Below are positions 29,558-36,987 of a DNA stretch of 64,000 bases, in pieces. How positions within the stretch are numbered: the stretch's first letter is position 1; every line of letters starts with the position of its first letter. The DNA comes from Chitinophagaceae bacterium UBA4407. GTDB taxonomy: Bacteria > Bacteroidota > Bacteroidia > Chitinophagales > Chitinophagaceae. The notes under the pieces were generated by a model, which worked only from the letters and a program-made list of their open reading frames with translations, searched no databases and had not been told where the DNA came from. The stretch covers positions 48,781 to 112,780 of the forward strand of contig DGQT01000050.1 of NCBI GenBank assembly GCA_002390845.1, written 5' to 3'. Both the position numbers and the translations under genes were made by a program.

Positions 29558-30157
29558 TTATTTGATCTTCGTTTTTTGGTAAGCTTCATTAAGGCCTTTT
29601 ACCACATCGGGGGTTATATCTCTTACAGTATCTTTATAATAGAGATAATCACTTTCGTTCGACGCAAAAACAAAAGCAAAACCTTTGGCGGCGCAGTATG
29701 TTTTAAGAAAATCCTGTATGGCCATTTTTACTGCCTGTAGTTTCTCTGCAGATTCAGCCTGCATTTCCTGCCCTAAACTTTGTTCTGTTTCACTGTAGTC
29801 GTTTTGCAGTTTGCCCAGAGCCTGCTGGTATTCGCTTTGCTGATTCTGCGTCATACTCGGGCCTTTTTGCTGGTATTCTTTTAATTTATTCAGGTAGTTG
29901 CTCTTAATTTTATTCAGCTTCTCTGTGTTTTGCTGGTCTTTTTTTGTGAGAATATCCCTGATCTCTTTATAATAAACATAATTTTCCTGTAACGAATCAA
30001 GTTCAAAATAAGCCACTTTAAAAGCATTAAGTTCTGCCTTTTTACTGGTTTCTACTTTATGCTGGTCTTCGGTTATGTAACTGTAATGCAGGTAAAAAAG
30101 GTAAGCAACGGCTGCAACCAATAACACATTTACGATTATTAAAACTTTTTTCATCAA
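29558..30157 (-). CDS. OmpH/Skp-family periplasmic chaperone
   Basis: Signal anchor and a long Gln/Lys/Glu-rich coiled region. 199 aa, which is typical for the family. Confidence 0.75.
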   Translation of the reverse strand: MMKKVLIIVNVLLVAAVAYLFYLHYSYITEDQHKVETSKKAELNAFKVAYFELDSLQENYVYYKEIRDILTKKDQQNTEKLNKIKSNYLNKLKEYQQKGPSMTQNQQSEYQQALGKLQNDYSETEQSLGQEMQAESAEKLQAVKMAIQDFLKTYCAAKGFAFVFASNESDYLYYKDTVRDITPDVVKGLNEAYQKTKIK

Positions 30158-30250
30158 CAGGTTTTAAGGCGGTGAAGGTAAATTTATGGTTAAATAAAAT
30201 TTGTTAAAAGAATTGTAAGAGGGGAATATTTAGCGAATTTAAAAATACAT

Positions 30251-30392
30251 TTTTTAACCCAGGTTTTGAATAAGAATGAGGCTTTTCTTGCCACGCTCGG
30301 TTCACAGTTCCTCTTTCATAGCAGCAAAAGCTCAGTAGCTTTTATGAGCGTATTTCGGCTTTGCTTAATATTCAAAGGATCGCATACTTGTG
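30251..30392 (-). repeat. CPIR long form, L orientation, diverged insert
   Basis: AATGAGGCTTTTCTTGCCACGCTCGGTTCACAGTTCCTCTTTCAT is followed by the replaced segment AAAAGCTCAGTAGCTTTT, then ..ATTTCGG..GGATCGCATACTTGTG. Confidence 0.7.
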
Positions 30393-30467
30393 TTATAAAA
30401 TAAATTCAGGCTTTCAACAGCCGGTACACCCGTGTGTAAAAGCCTGTATAAAAGTGCGGTTTTTTCA

Positions 30468-30506
30468 ATAAAAAAGATACAGTCTTTTACGGCTGTATCT
30501 TTTTTA
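30468..30506 (-). terminator. rho-independent terminator after the SH3b-protein gene (A/T runs on both sides)
   Basis: Stem AGATACAG / CTGTATCT flanked by an A-run and a T-run. Confidence 0.6.
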
Positions 30507-30525
30507 TTAAAGACCATATTTTAAT

Positions 30526-30945
30526 TTAAGCAGGCGTAAGGTATTGCGCATATGAGTAGCCTTCCTCGCCAGCATCTGTTCTAACCAGCCACCATTGATC
30601 GCTGGATTTGCTTACCAATGTTACAATTTCATTGTGTGCAGCTTTGCCCACAATCGGCTGGTCGGTGCCCGGCCCTTTTCTAATATTCAGGTTTGATGAT
30701 TGTGTAACTACCTTAAGTTTGGTACCTTCAATAAGGCCGGTAACATTTATGTTCATTACAAGGTCTCCTGCACGAAAGTCAGGATCTATTTTATTGTAAA
30801 TATCCCATAACCGGTCTTTTGCAGCGCCGCCTGGTGCATCGCCGTCAATATACAACACACCATCCTGTTCGCGTACCTGCAGGTTTGTAACACCTGATGC
30901 AGTTGCAGCATCTGTTAGTTCTTTGTATTTATCCTGTAGTGCCAT
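30526..30945 (-). CDS. SH3b-domain protein with BON/YgaU-like N-terminal region
   Basis: The C-terminus NLNIRKGPGTDQPIVGK..WWLVRTDAGEEGYSYAQYL is bacterial SH3-like. Confidence 0.55.
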   Translation of the reverse strand: MALQDKYKELTDAATASGVTNLQVREQDGVLYIDGDAPGGAAKDRLWDIYNKIDPDFRAGDLVMNINVTGLIEGTKLKVVTQSSNLNIRKGPGTDQPIVGKAAHNEIVTLVSKSSDQWWLVRTDAGEEGYSYAQYLTPA

Positions 30946-30962
30946 TGTTTCTTCCTCCTTAA

Positions 30963-31472
30963 TTATTTAATGACAAGCTGATTGTCGATTTTTTTAGGTT
31001 TCAAAGTATTGAGCGACATCATGAGTGTTTTAAGATCGGCCTTTTTAATTTCGCCGGTAAGGGTTATTACCCCGTCTTTTACATCTGCTTTTACACCGGT
31101 AAAATCTTTAATGGCATCGGTTACACCTTTTGTAAGCGGATCATCGGCAGCAATTACTACAGGTGCTGCGGGCGGCGGCGGGGGTGGCGCAACCGTGCAA
31201 TTGTTAACCACAGACTTTACACCAGCAACGCCTTTTGCCACCGTTTCGCACATTGCTTTGGTTGCATCGTCTTTTACTTCGCCGGAAAGTGTTACTACGC
31301 CGTCTTTAACATCGGCAGTCATACCAGACATATCTGGCATAGCCTGCATTTGTTTTGTTACAGCCGCTTTAATGTCAGCGTCTTTTGGCCCGCAAGATGA
31401 GAGTGTAGCGGCAATCATCGTGGCAGATGCCAGTACAATAAGATAATTTAAAATACTTCTTTTCATAGACAA
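30963..31472 (-). CDS. BON-domain lipoprotein (two BON repeats joined by a Pro/Ala linker)
   Basis: Lipobox LSSC; two repeats (DVKDGVVTLSGEVKD.. and DVKDGVITLTGEIKK..); linker PPPPPPAAP. Confidence 0.75.
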   Translation of the reverse strand: MSMKRSILNYLIVLASATMIAATLSSCGPKDADIKAAVTKQMQAMPDMSGMTADVKDGVVTLSGEVKDDATKAMCETVAKGVAGVKSVVNNCTVAPPPPPPAAPVVIAADDPLTKGVTDAIKDFTGVKADVKDGVITLTGEIKKADLKTLMMSLNTLKPKKIDNQLVIK

Positions 31473-31640
31473 TTTTTTAATGAAAAAGAAAGATACAGGT
31501 TTTAAAGTACCCGCACAATTCTTAAAAATATTTTCTTTGCCGGGATATTAAAAAAGTAATGAACAGTGAACAACGAACAGTGAAAAATCAAATGCACCTT
31601 GCTGCCCTTTCTTCCAAACCCCGCCTGAAGCGGGGCAAGC

Positions 31641-31704
31641 TGTACAAGTGTGCGACGCAAGAGGCGATGCCATGAAAAATAATTGCAGGGCCAATAAATT
31701 TTTG
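31641..31704 (+). repeat. CPIR short form, R orientation (outer-arm subtype GGCGATGCCATGAAAAA)
   Basis: Core lies at 31650-31660. The copy ends 10 nt before the ABC-F stop. Confidence 0.8.
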
Positions 31705-31713
31705 TGTCAAAGT

Positions 31714-33684
31714 TTAAGCAACAACCTGCTTTTCAAGGTTCATGATCTGCTCAAATAATTTCTCGTATTGCTCTTCTGCAACAGCAATTTTTTGCTGAAT
31801 ATTTTTATGGTCTGTTTCTATTTGCCTGAATTTATTTTGATCTGCATAGTTTGCCGGCTTAGAAAGTTCCAGTTCAATTTCGGCCTTATTTTTATTCAAC
31901 TGGTTTATTTGTTCTTCCAGTTTATTAAACTGTTTTTGTAATTTTTCAAGTTCTTTTTTCTGTTCTTTGTTTTGCTGTGTAACGATTGCCAGCTGTGGCT
32001 TTGCAACAACAATCGGTTTTTCCTTTTCCTCTTTCACTTGTTGCTGGGCTGCGGCTTTTTCTGATTTTTCTTTACGCTCTTTCCAGTCAACCCATTCTTC
32101 ATACCCGCCTTTAAAAACTTTTATTTCGCGGTCAACAATCTCCCAAATAGTGTTTGCTGTTTTTGAAATAAAATAGCGGTCGTGACTTACCAAAATTGAA
32201 GTGCCTTCATATTTATTCAATGCTTCGGCAAGCAGTTCCACACTGTGCATGTCGAGGTGGTTGGTAGGTTCATCCAACATCAAAAAATTGCCTTTACCCG
32301 TAATAACTTTTGCAAGTGCCACCCTTGCTTTTTCACCACCACTCAGTATCTTGATTTTTTTATCCGTATCATCGCCACTAAACAAGAAACAACCCATTAA
32401 AGAACGCAGCTCCAATTCGTTTTTACCACTGCCACATTCTTTCATTTCATCAAGAATGGTGTTGTTAATATTCAAAGCTTCCAACTGGTGCTGGGCGTAA
32501 AAACTTTCATCAACATTATGGCCCCAAACCCTTTCACCTTCGAATGGTTCAGTGCCTGCGATCATGCGCAGCAGCGTAGATTTTCCTTTACCGTTAGCAC
32601 CGATCAATGCAATTTTATCGCCGCGGTTTATTTCTGCTTCGGCGTTTTCTACAATTGTGTTTGCTCCGAATTTCTTTGTTGCATTTTTAAGCGTTGCAAT
32701 TATTTTTCCCGGTTGTTTATCTACTTTAAAACTGATGCGCAGGTTGGGGCGTTCTATTTCTACCTGTTCAACTCTTTCCAGTTTATCAAGCTTCTTCATT
32801 ATGCTCTGTGCCATTGCTGCTTTGCTTGCTTTAGCCCTAAAACGTTCTACCAGGCGTTCATTTTGTCTTATATAATCCTGTTGATTCTCATAAGCCCGCT
32901 GCTGCATTTCTATACGCAGTTCTTTTTCAGTGGCGTAATAATCATAGTTACCGTTGTAAATATGCAGCTCCTGCTGGTAAACTTCCACGATCTTATTTAC
33001 CATGCGGTTCAGAAAATATTTATCGTGGCTTACAATCACAACGCTGCCTTTATAGTGCAGCAGGTATTTCTCCAGCCATTCAATCGAGGGAAGGTCAAGG
33101 TGGTTGGTAGGTTCATCCAGTAAGAGCACATCCGGTTGCTGCAGAATCATTTTAGCCAGCAACACACGCATGCGCCAGCCTCCGCTGAATTCTTTGTACG
33201 GCCTTTGCAAATCTGCATTTGGAAAGCCAAGCCCCTGCAATACCTCTTCAGTTTTATGATGAATATTATACCCGCCTAAAATTTCCAGTTCGTGCAGTTT
33301 ATCTGAGTATTCGTGCAGCAACGCTTCTTCATCGCCTTCGCCTGTAAAAGAAGGATGTTCCATTTTTTTGCCCAGCGCTTCAATTTCTTTCTCCAGTTGC
33401 TTTACCTGCTCAAATGCACCCATTGCCACTTCAAGAATGGAATCGTTGGTATCGAAACTCAGCAGGTCCTGGTGCAGGTAACCAATGGTGGTATCGCGGC
33501 TTTTTTCAACCGATCCCGATGAGGGCTGGTATTCGCCTACCAGTAATTTAAGAAGGGTTGATTTGCCGGTTCCGTTGTAGCCGATAAGGCCCACGCGGTC
33601 GCCGGGAAGTATATGCCAGGTAGCATCCTGCACAATTACACGGGCACCAAATTCGAACGTAATATTGTTGAGTCCTATTAACAT
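31714..33684 (-). CDS. ABC-F family ATPase (two ABC cassettes, C-terminal coiled coil)
   Basis: Two Walker A motifs (GYNGTGKST, GANGKGKST), two LSGG signatures, no TM domain, 656 aa. Confidence 0.92.
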   Translation of the reverse strand: MLIGLNNITFEFGARVIVQDATWHILPGDRVGLIGYNGTGKSTLLKLLVGEYQPSSGSVEKSRDTTIGYLHQDLLSFDTNDSILEVAMGAFEQVKQLEKEIEALGKKMEHPSFTGEGDEEALLHEYSDKLHELEILGGYNIHHKTEEVLQGLGFPNADLQRPYKEFSGGWRMRVLLAKMILQQPDVLLLDEPTNHLDLPSIEWLEKYLLHYKGSVVIVSHDKYFLNRMVNKIVEVYQQELHIYNGNYDYYATEKELRIEMQQRAYENQQDYIRQNERLVERFRAKASKAAMAQSIMKKLDKLERVEQVEIERPNLRISFKVDKQPGKIIATLKNATKKFGANTIVENAEAEINRGDKIALIGANGKGKSTLLRMIAGTEPFEGERVWGHNVDESFYAQHQLEALNINNTILDEMKECGSGKNELELRSLMGCFLFSGDDTDKKIKILSGGEKARVALAKVITGKGNFLMLDEPTNHLDMHSVELLAEALNKYEGTSILVSHDRYFISKTANTIWEIVDREIKVFKGGYEEWVDWKERKEKSEKAAAQQQVKEEKEKPIVVAKPQLAIVTQQNKEQKKELEKLQKQFNKLEEQINQLNKNKAEIELELSKPANYADQNKFRQIETDHKNIQQKIAVAEEQYEKLFEQIMNLEKQVVA

Positions 33685-33800
33685 GATTTTTAAAAATTCT
33701 GCGCAAAACTAATTGAAACAGGAAAAGTAAACGCATAAGATTTTCAGGCTGCAAAAAAGCTGGCGTAAATGCTTGCTCTGTTAGAAATAAAAGGCAGTTT

Positions 33801-33876
33801 ATGAACCGGGCGTATGGGAATTTCTATGAAGCATTGTTGCGTCGCACACTTGTACGGTTGGATTATATATTGAGCA
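33801..33876 (-). repeat. CPIR short form, L orientation; left border of the AT-rich island
   Basis: ATGAACCGGGC..CTATGAAGCATTG; core lies at 33837-33847; inner arm CTTGTACGGTTGGATTATATATTGAGCA. Confidence 0.85.
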
Positions 33877-33945
33877 TTAACAGCCCTGCAAAATATATTG
33901 GTGTATTAATTATGCAACACAACCATTTTTTGCAAGGCGGTTTAG
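33877..33945 (+). other. imperfect palindrome, attC-like (TTAAC...GTTTAG)
   Basis: Arms 33877-33893 (TTAACAGCCCTGCAAAA) and 33928-33944 (TTTTGCAAGGCGGTTTA) pair at 14 of 17 positions, with a 34-nt loop. Confidence 0.4.
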
Positions 33946-33976
33946 TTCGTTTATTTTTGAGAGTACGGCAATTATT

Positions 33977-34855
33977 ATGAATGTTAGAAAACCACTATAT
34001 AGAATTTGTGAATACTGTAAGTGTATGCTTAGGGTTGAAAATTATAGCCAACACTTGGATAGAGTTCACAAAACGCAAATCGAGGCGCGACATAGAAGTA
34101 ACAATAATAAATCCGAGGAAGTCGAAATTCTTGAACTCATTTGGGATGACATCGATTTTGGAAAGGATTGCCTTAAGTTTAAATCATCCAGATTAAATAA
34201 AATTATACAACCTTTTCCTCACGAAGGATTAATCGAAGGCCTTAATTTAATAAAGCAAGAATATTTTCAAAAATTGGTGTTCAAAATAGCAGTATCAAAT
34301 GGGAAAATTATTCCCGAAAACTCAAAAGGATTAAATAACCTGTTTGACAAGATTGAGGTAGCAAAAGCATACTATTCTTTTAAACGACCTAGTCAAAAAA
34401 ACAAATTTTTTACGACAGAAAAGCTATCCAATAATGATATACTAGATTTATTTAAAGAGGCTTTTGACAAATCTGAATACATAAAATATTTGGCAAAAAA
34501 ACAGCGGAAAAATTCCCTTAAACTTATTCCGATAATTGAATACATTAATAACAAGTATGAAGAAGCTTTTCTTTTTAGGTATAAAGTAAGACAAAATTCT
34601 ATTTTGTTGGTTTGGGAAAACGTAAACGATGGACGGGCATCACATCTGTTTGAATACTGTATTTCTGAGGAAGGCAAGGTATTAAGAGAAATAAAGTATT
34701 TTGTTAACAGGGATGATTTAATTAACAAGCGAAGCGGTTTACATTCACAAACTGCAGAAGTATCACAAACTAAATACGCCCTAAAATATAAAGGCCATAT
34801 TAAGCATAATAGCCTCAAAGAGTACATAACAAAATTAGATAAGATCATTTGTTAA
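33977..34855 (+). CDS. hypothetical protein (AT-rich island gene 1)
   Basis: 292-aa ORF, visibly AT-richer than its surroundings, with an N-terminal CEYC..(13)..HLDRVH zinc-finger-like spacing. I recognise no family. Confidence 0.5.
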   Translation: MNVRKPLYRICEYCKCMLRVENYSQHLDRVHKTQIEARHRSNNNKSEEVEILELIWDDIDFGKDCLKFKSSRLNKIIQPFPHEGLIEGLNLIKQEYFQKLVFKIAVSNGKIIPENSKGLNNLFDKIEVAKAYYSFKRPSQKNKFFTTEKLSNNDILDLFKEAFDKSEYIKYLAKKQRKNSLKLIPIIEYINNKYEEAFLFRYKVRQNSILLVWENVNDGRASHLFEYCISEEGKVLREIKYFVNRDDLINKRSGLHSQTAEVSQTKYALKYKGHIKHNSLKEYITKLDKIIC

Positions 34856-34858
34856 AGC

Positions 34859-34950
34859 AGCTAACATTGGCTTCAAGCACTTGTGCAGCACTAAGTCACC
34901 GCTGTTTATTTTCACCGTAATCCTTCGCTTAAATCTTTTTGTGTTAACGG
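34859..34950 (+). other. weak attC-like site (AGCTAAC ... GTTAACG) containing a CCTTCGCTTAAATCT box
   Basis: The terminal TAACA / TGTTA pairing is only 5 bp. The box at 34922-34936 is shared with CPIR inner arms. Confidence 0.25.
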
Positions 34951-35027
34951 TCATTTTTTCTTTCAATTTTAATAAGCTGTTTTTCAAATTACCAATTTTT
35001 GGTAACTTTATTTAAAATTTAAAAAAT

Positions 35028-35279
35028 ATGGGGCGAAACACATCTATATCGCTTGGGAACCATTTTGAAGATTTTGTTGACGATAAAGTTTCTAGCGGAC
35101 GATTTAAGAATGCAAGTGAGGTGATACGTGCCGGGCTTCGTTTACTGGAAGAGGAAGAAAGCAAAATTGTAGCATTAAAAAAAGCCATTGACGAAGGCTT
35201 TGAAAGTGGATTGGCTAAAAACTTTAATGCAAAAAAGCACCTCGAAAAACTAAAAGCCGCCAAACGAAAAAATGGCTAA
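35028..35279 (+). CDS. parD: type II antitoxin ParD (ribbon-helix-helix, COG3609-like)
   Basis: MGRNTSISLGNHFEDFV..GRFKNASEVIRAGLRLLEE. Overlaps parE by 8 nt. Confidence 0.85.
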   Translation: MGRNTSISLGNHFEDFVDDKVSSGRFKNASEVIRAGLRLLEEEESKIVALKKAIDEGFESGLAKNFNAKKHLEKLKAAKRKNG

Positions 35280-35571
35280 TTATATTCTTACCAATAAAGC
35301 GGTTGAAGATTTATCGGAAATCTGGGATTATACATTTGAAGCCTGGTCAGAAACACAGGCTGACAGATATTATTATATGCTTCTTGACTCTTGCCAGGAA
35401 CTGGCTGATGAAAAAGTGCACGGCAAAAATTATCCTGAAGTGAGAGAAGATATTTCAGGTTTTAGAGTGGGTTTGCATATCATCTTTTACAGAAAATTAA
35501 AAGGCAATAAAATTGAAATTGCCAGGATTCTTCACAGCAGAATGGATTTAAAAAGCAGAATGCAAGAATAA
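35272..35571 (+). CDS. parE: type II toxin ParE (RelE/ParE superfamily)
   Basis: 99 aa. A..DLSEIWDYT..RYYYMLLDSCQ..GFRVGLHIIFYR..IEIARILHSRMD is a typical ParE pattern. Confidence 0.88.
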   Translation: MANYILTNKAVEDLSEIWDYTFEAWSETQADRYYYMLLDSCQELADEKVHGKNYPEVREDISGFRVGLHIIFYRKLKGNKIEIARILHSRMDLKSRMQE

Positions 35572-35578
35572 AAACCAC

Positions 35579-35655
35579 CACTAACAGTGGGCCAGGCAAT
35601 ATGGTGTCTTGAAGGAAGTTCAATCGACTATTGTATAAAGCCTTTACTGTTAGCT
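35579..35655 (+). other. imperfect palindrome, attC-like (CACTAAC ... GTTAGCT)
   Basis: CTAACAGT (35581-35588) pairs perfectly with ACTGTTAG (35646-35653). A further GGC/GCC pairing has bulges. The site starts 8 nt after the parE stop. Confidence 0.4.
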
Positions 35656-35698
35656 GCCATTACATACAACTTTGACGAATTAATCAACTTAGATACAA

Positions 35699-36235
35699 GT
35701 GACATTTCAAATAGAACAAATACTTTTAATAAAGAACAAAGCTTATTTGCTAACAAGAAGTTTGAACGACAATATCAGATTTAAACTTTCTGACAATTCT
35801 TTATTAGGCGATTTTGAAATAGAAAATTGGTTTGACATACCAAAGGCTAAAGACGAAAATGGTAATTATAGAAAAGACAATTTCGCATTCGTACTCAAGA
35901 ATGAACGTGATACAGAAAGAATAAAAGAAGGTGACATCTTAAAGCTTTCAGACGTTTATGTTGGAATAGTTGAATCATTTTATACTGTGTCGGGAGTAAT
36001 AGGTTCAGTGTTAGAATGTGGGACGGGCATGCTTGACATCAACACAGTTTTAACCTACAATGAAAAGAAATGGAAAATCACTAAAAACAATCTGCTTATT
36101 GGCAGACAGAAAGACACTGAACTTCAGAAAAGTGTAACTGAAAACTTTTGGTTTCTATATAATCTGGAACCGATTGGCCATACGACAAAACCAGAGGTTG
36201 GCAAAAAGTTACGAGTGATACAAAACGGCTGCTAA
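35699..36235 (+). CDS. hypothetical protein (AT-rich island gene 4)
   Basis: 178-aa ORF with a GTG start. I recognise no domain. Confidence 0.4.
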   Translation: MTFQIEQILLIKNKAYLLTRSLNDNIRFKLSDNSLLGDFEIENWFDIPKAKDENGNYRKDNFAFVLKNERDTERIKEGDILKLSDVYVGIVESFYTVSGVIGSVLECGTGMLDINTVLTYNEKKWKITKNNLLIGRQKDTELQKSVTENFWFLYNLEPIGHTTKPEVGKKLRVIQNGC

Positions 36236-36345
36236 TAAAGCATTGTGCAATTGGAACTTATGAATAGGGTCTTTCATCTCTCCGTTGCAAGCGTTGTAAA
36301 CAGCACCTTCGCTTAAATCTACTACATAATAAAAGTTCAATAGAA

Positions 36346-36413
36346 TATCCGAAAGTACAAGAGTGCGACGCAAGAAAAGCCTCATAGAAAATCTAAAGCC
36401 GGGAACATAAAAA
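36346..36413 (+). repeat. CPIR short form, R orientation; right border of the AT-rich island
   Basis: TATCCGAAAGTACAAGA; core lies at 36363-36373; outer arm GAAAAGCCTCATAG..AAGCCGGGAAC. An inner-arm box CCTTCGCTTAAATCT lies at 36306-36320. Confidence 0.85.
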
Positions 36414-36496
36414 TGTATTTATAAATTATTGCAGTAAAAAATAGTTGGCAATTTTAAAATGATTTGTAAATTGAAGAAAATTAAAACGATTGCACT

Positions 36497-36904
36497 ATGA
36501 TAAAATTCAGCGAAATTAAAATGGGCGATTATGTAATGGCCGAATATGAAGGCCAGTTGCGCCGCGGCGAAGTAACACGCCTTAACGGTGATGAAAAGCA
36601 GGTTTGTGTAGAAACCGATGTACAGGAATTCTGGTACGAAACAGAACACCTTTTACCCATTGCTATTAACGACGAAGAGTTATTAAAACTTAATTTTTCG
36701 AAAGAAGCATTACCGGATGGAACCGTGAAGTATAAAAAAGGATCTTTCAGGCTGGTAATACCCGGCAAGGATAATTTTTCAACAGTTGATATGTGGTACA
36801 GAGAAGACAGGCGGCAACACCCCAATGTTCATTATATTCATCAGTTACAGAACCATTATTATCAAATGACCAAGGTTCATTTAACCAATGAAGTAATGGC
36901 TTAA
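36497..36904 (+). CDS. conserved hypothetical protein
   Basis: 135-aa ORF with normal composition. I recognise no domain. Confidence 0.5.
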   Translation: MIKFSEIKMGDYVMAEYEGQLRRGEVTRLNGDEKQVCVETDVQEFWYETEHLLPIAINDEELLKLNFSKEALPDGTVKYKKGSFRLVIPGKDNFSTVDMWYREDRRQHPNVHYIHQLQNHYYQMTKVHLTNEVMA

Positions 36905-36987
36905 TCCAATCAAAACGTATTTTATAAGGCCATTCCCTTTAACAGGGGATGGTTTTTATTTTCTGCTATCTTCACAAAAAATATTTC

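Noticed and set aside
35587-35784. 65-aa ORF between parE and island gene 4
   Set aside because: It overlaps the attC-like palindrome and the start of the 178-aa ORF in another frame. It has no recognisable features.
33684-36497. A complete integron or other recombinase-driven element at the parDE island
   Set aside because: No tyrosine or serine recombinase, Pc-like promoter context or attI can be identified in or next to the island. Only the weaker integrase-less cassette cluster idea is kept, as a finding.
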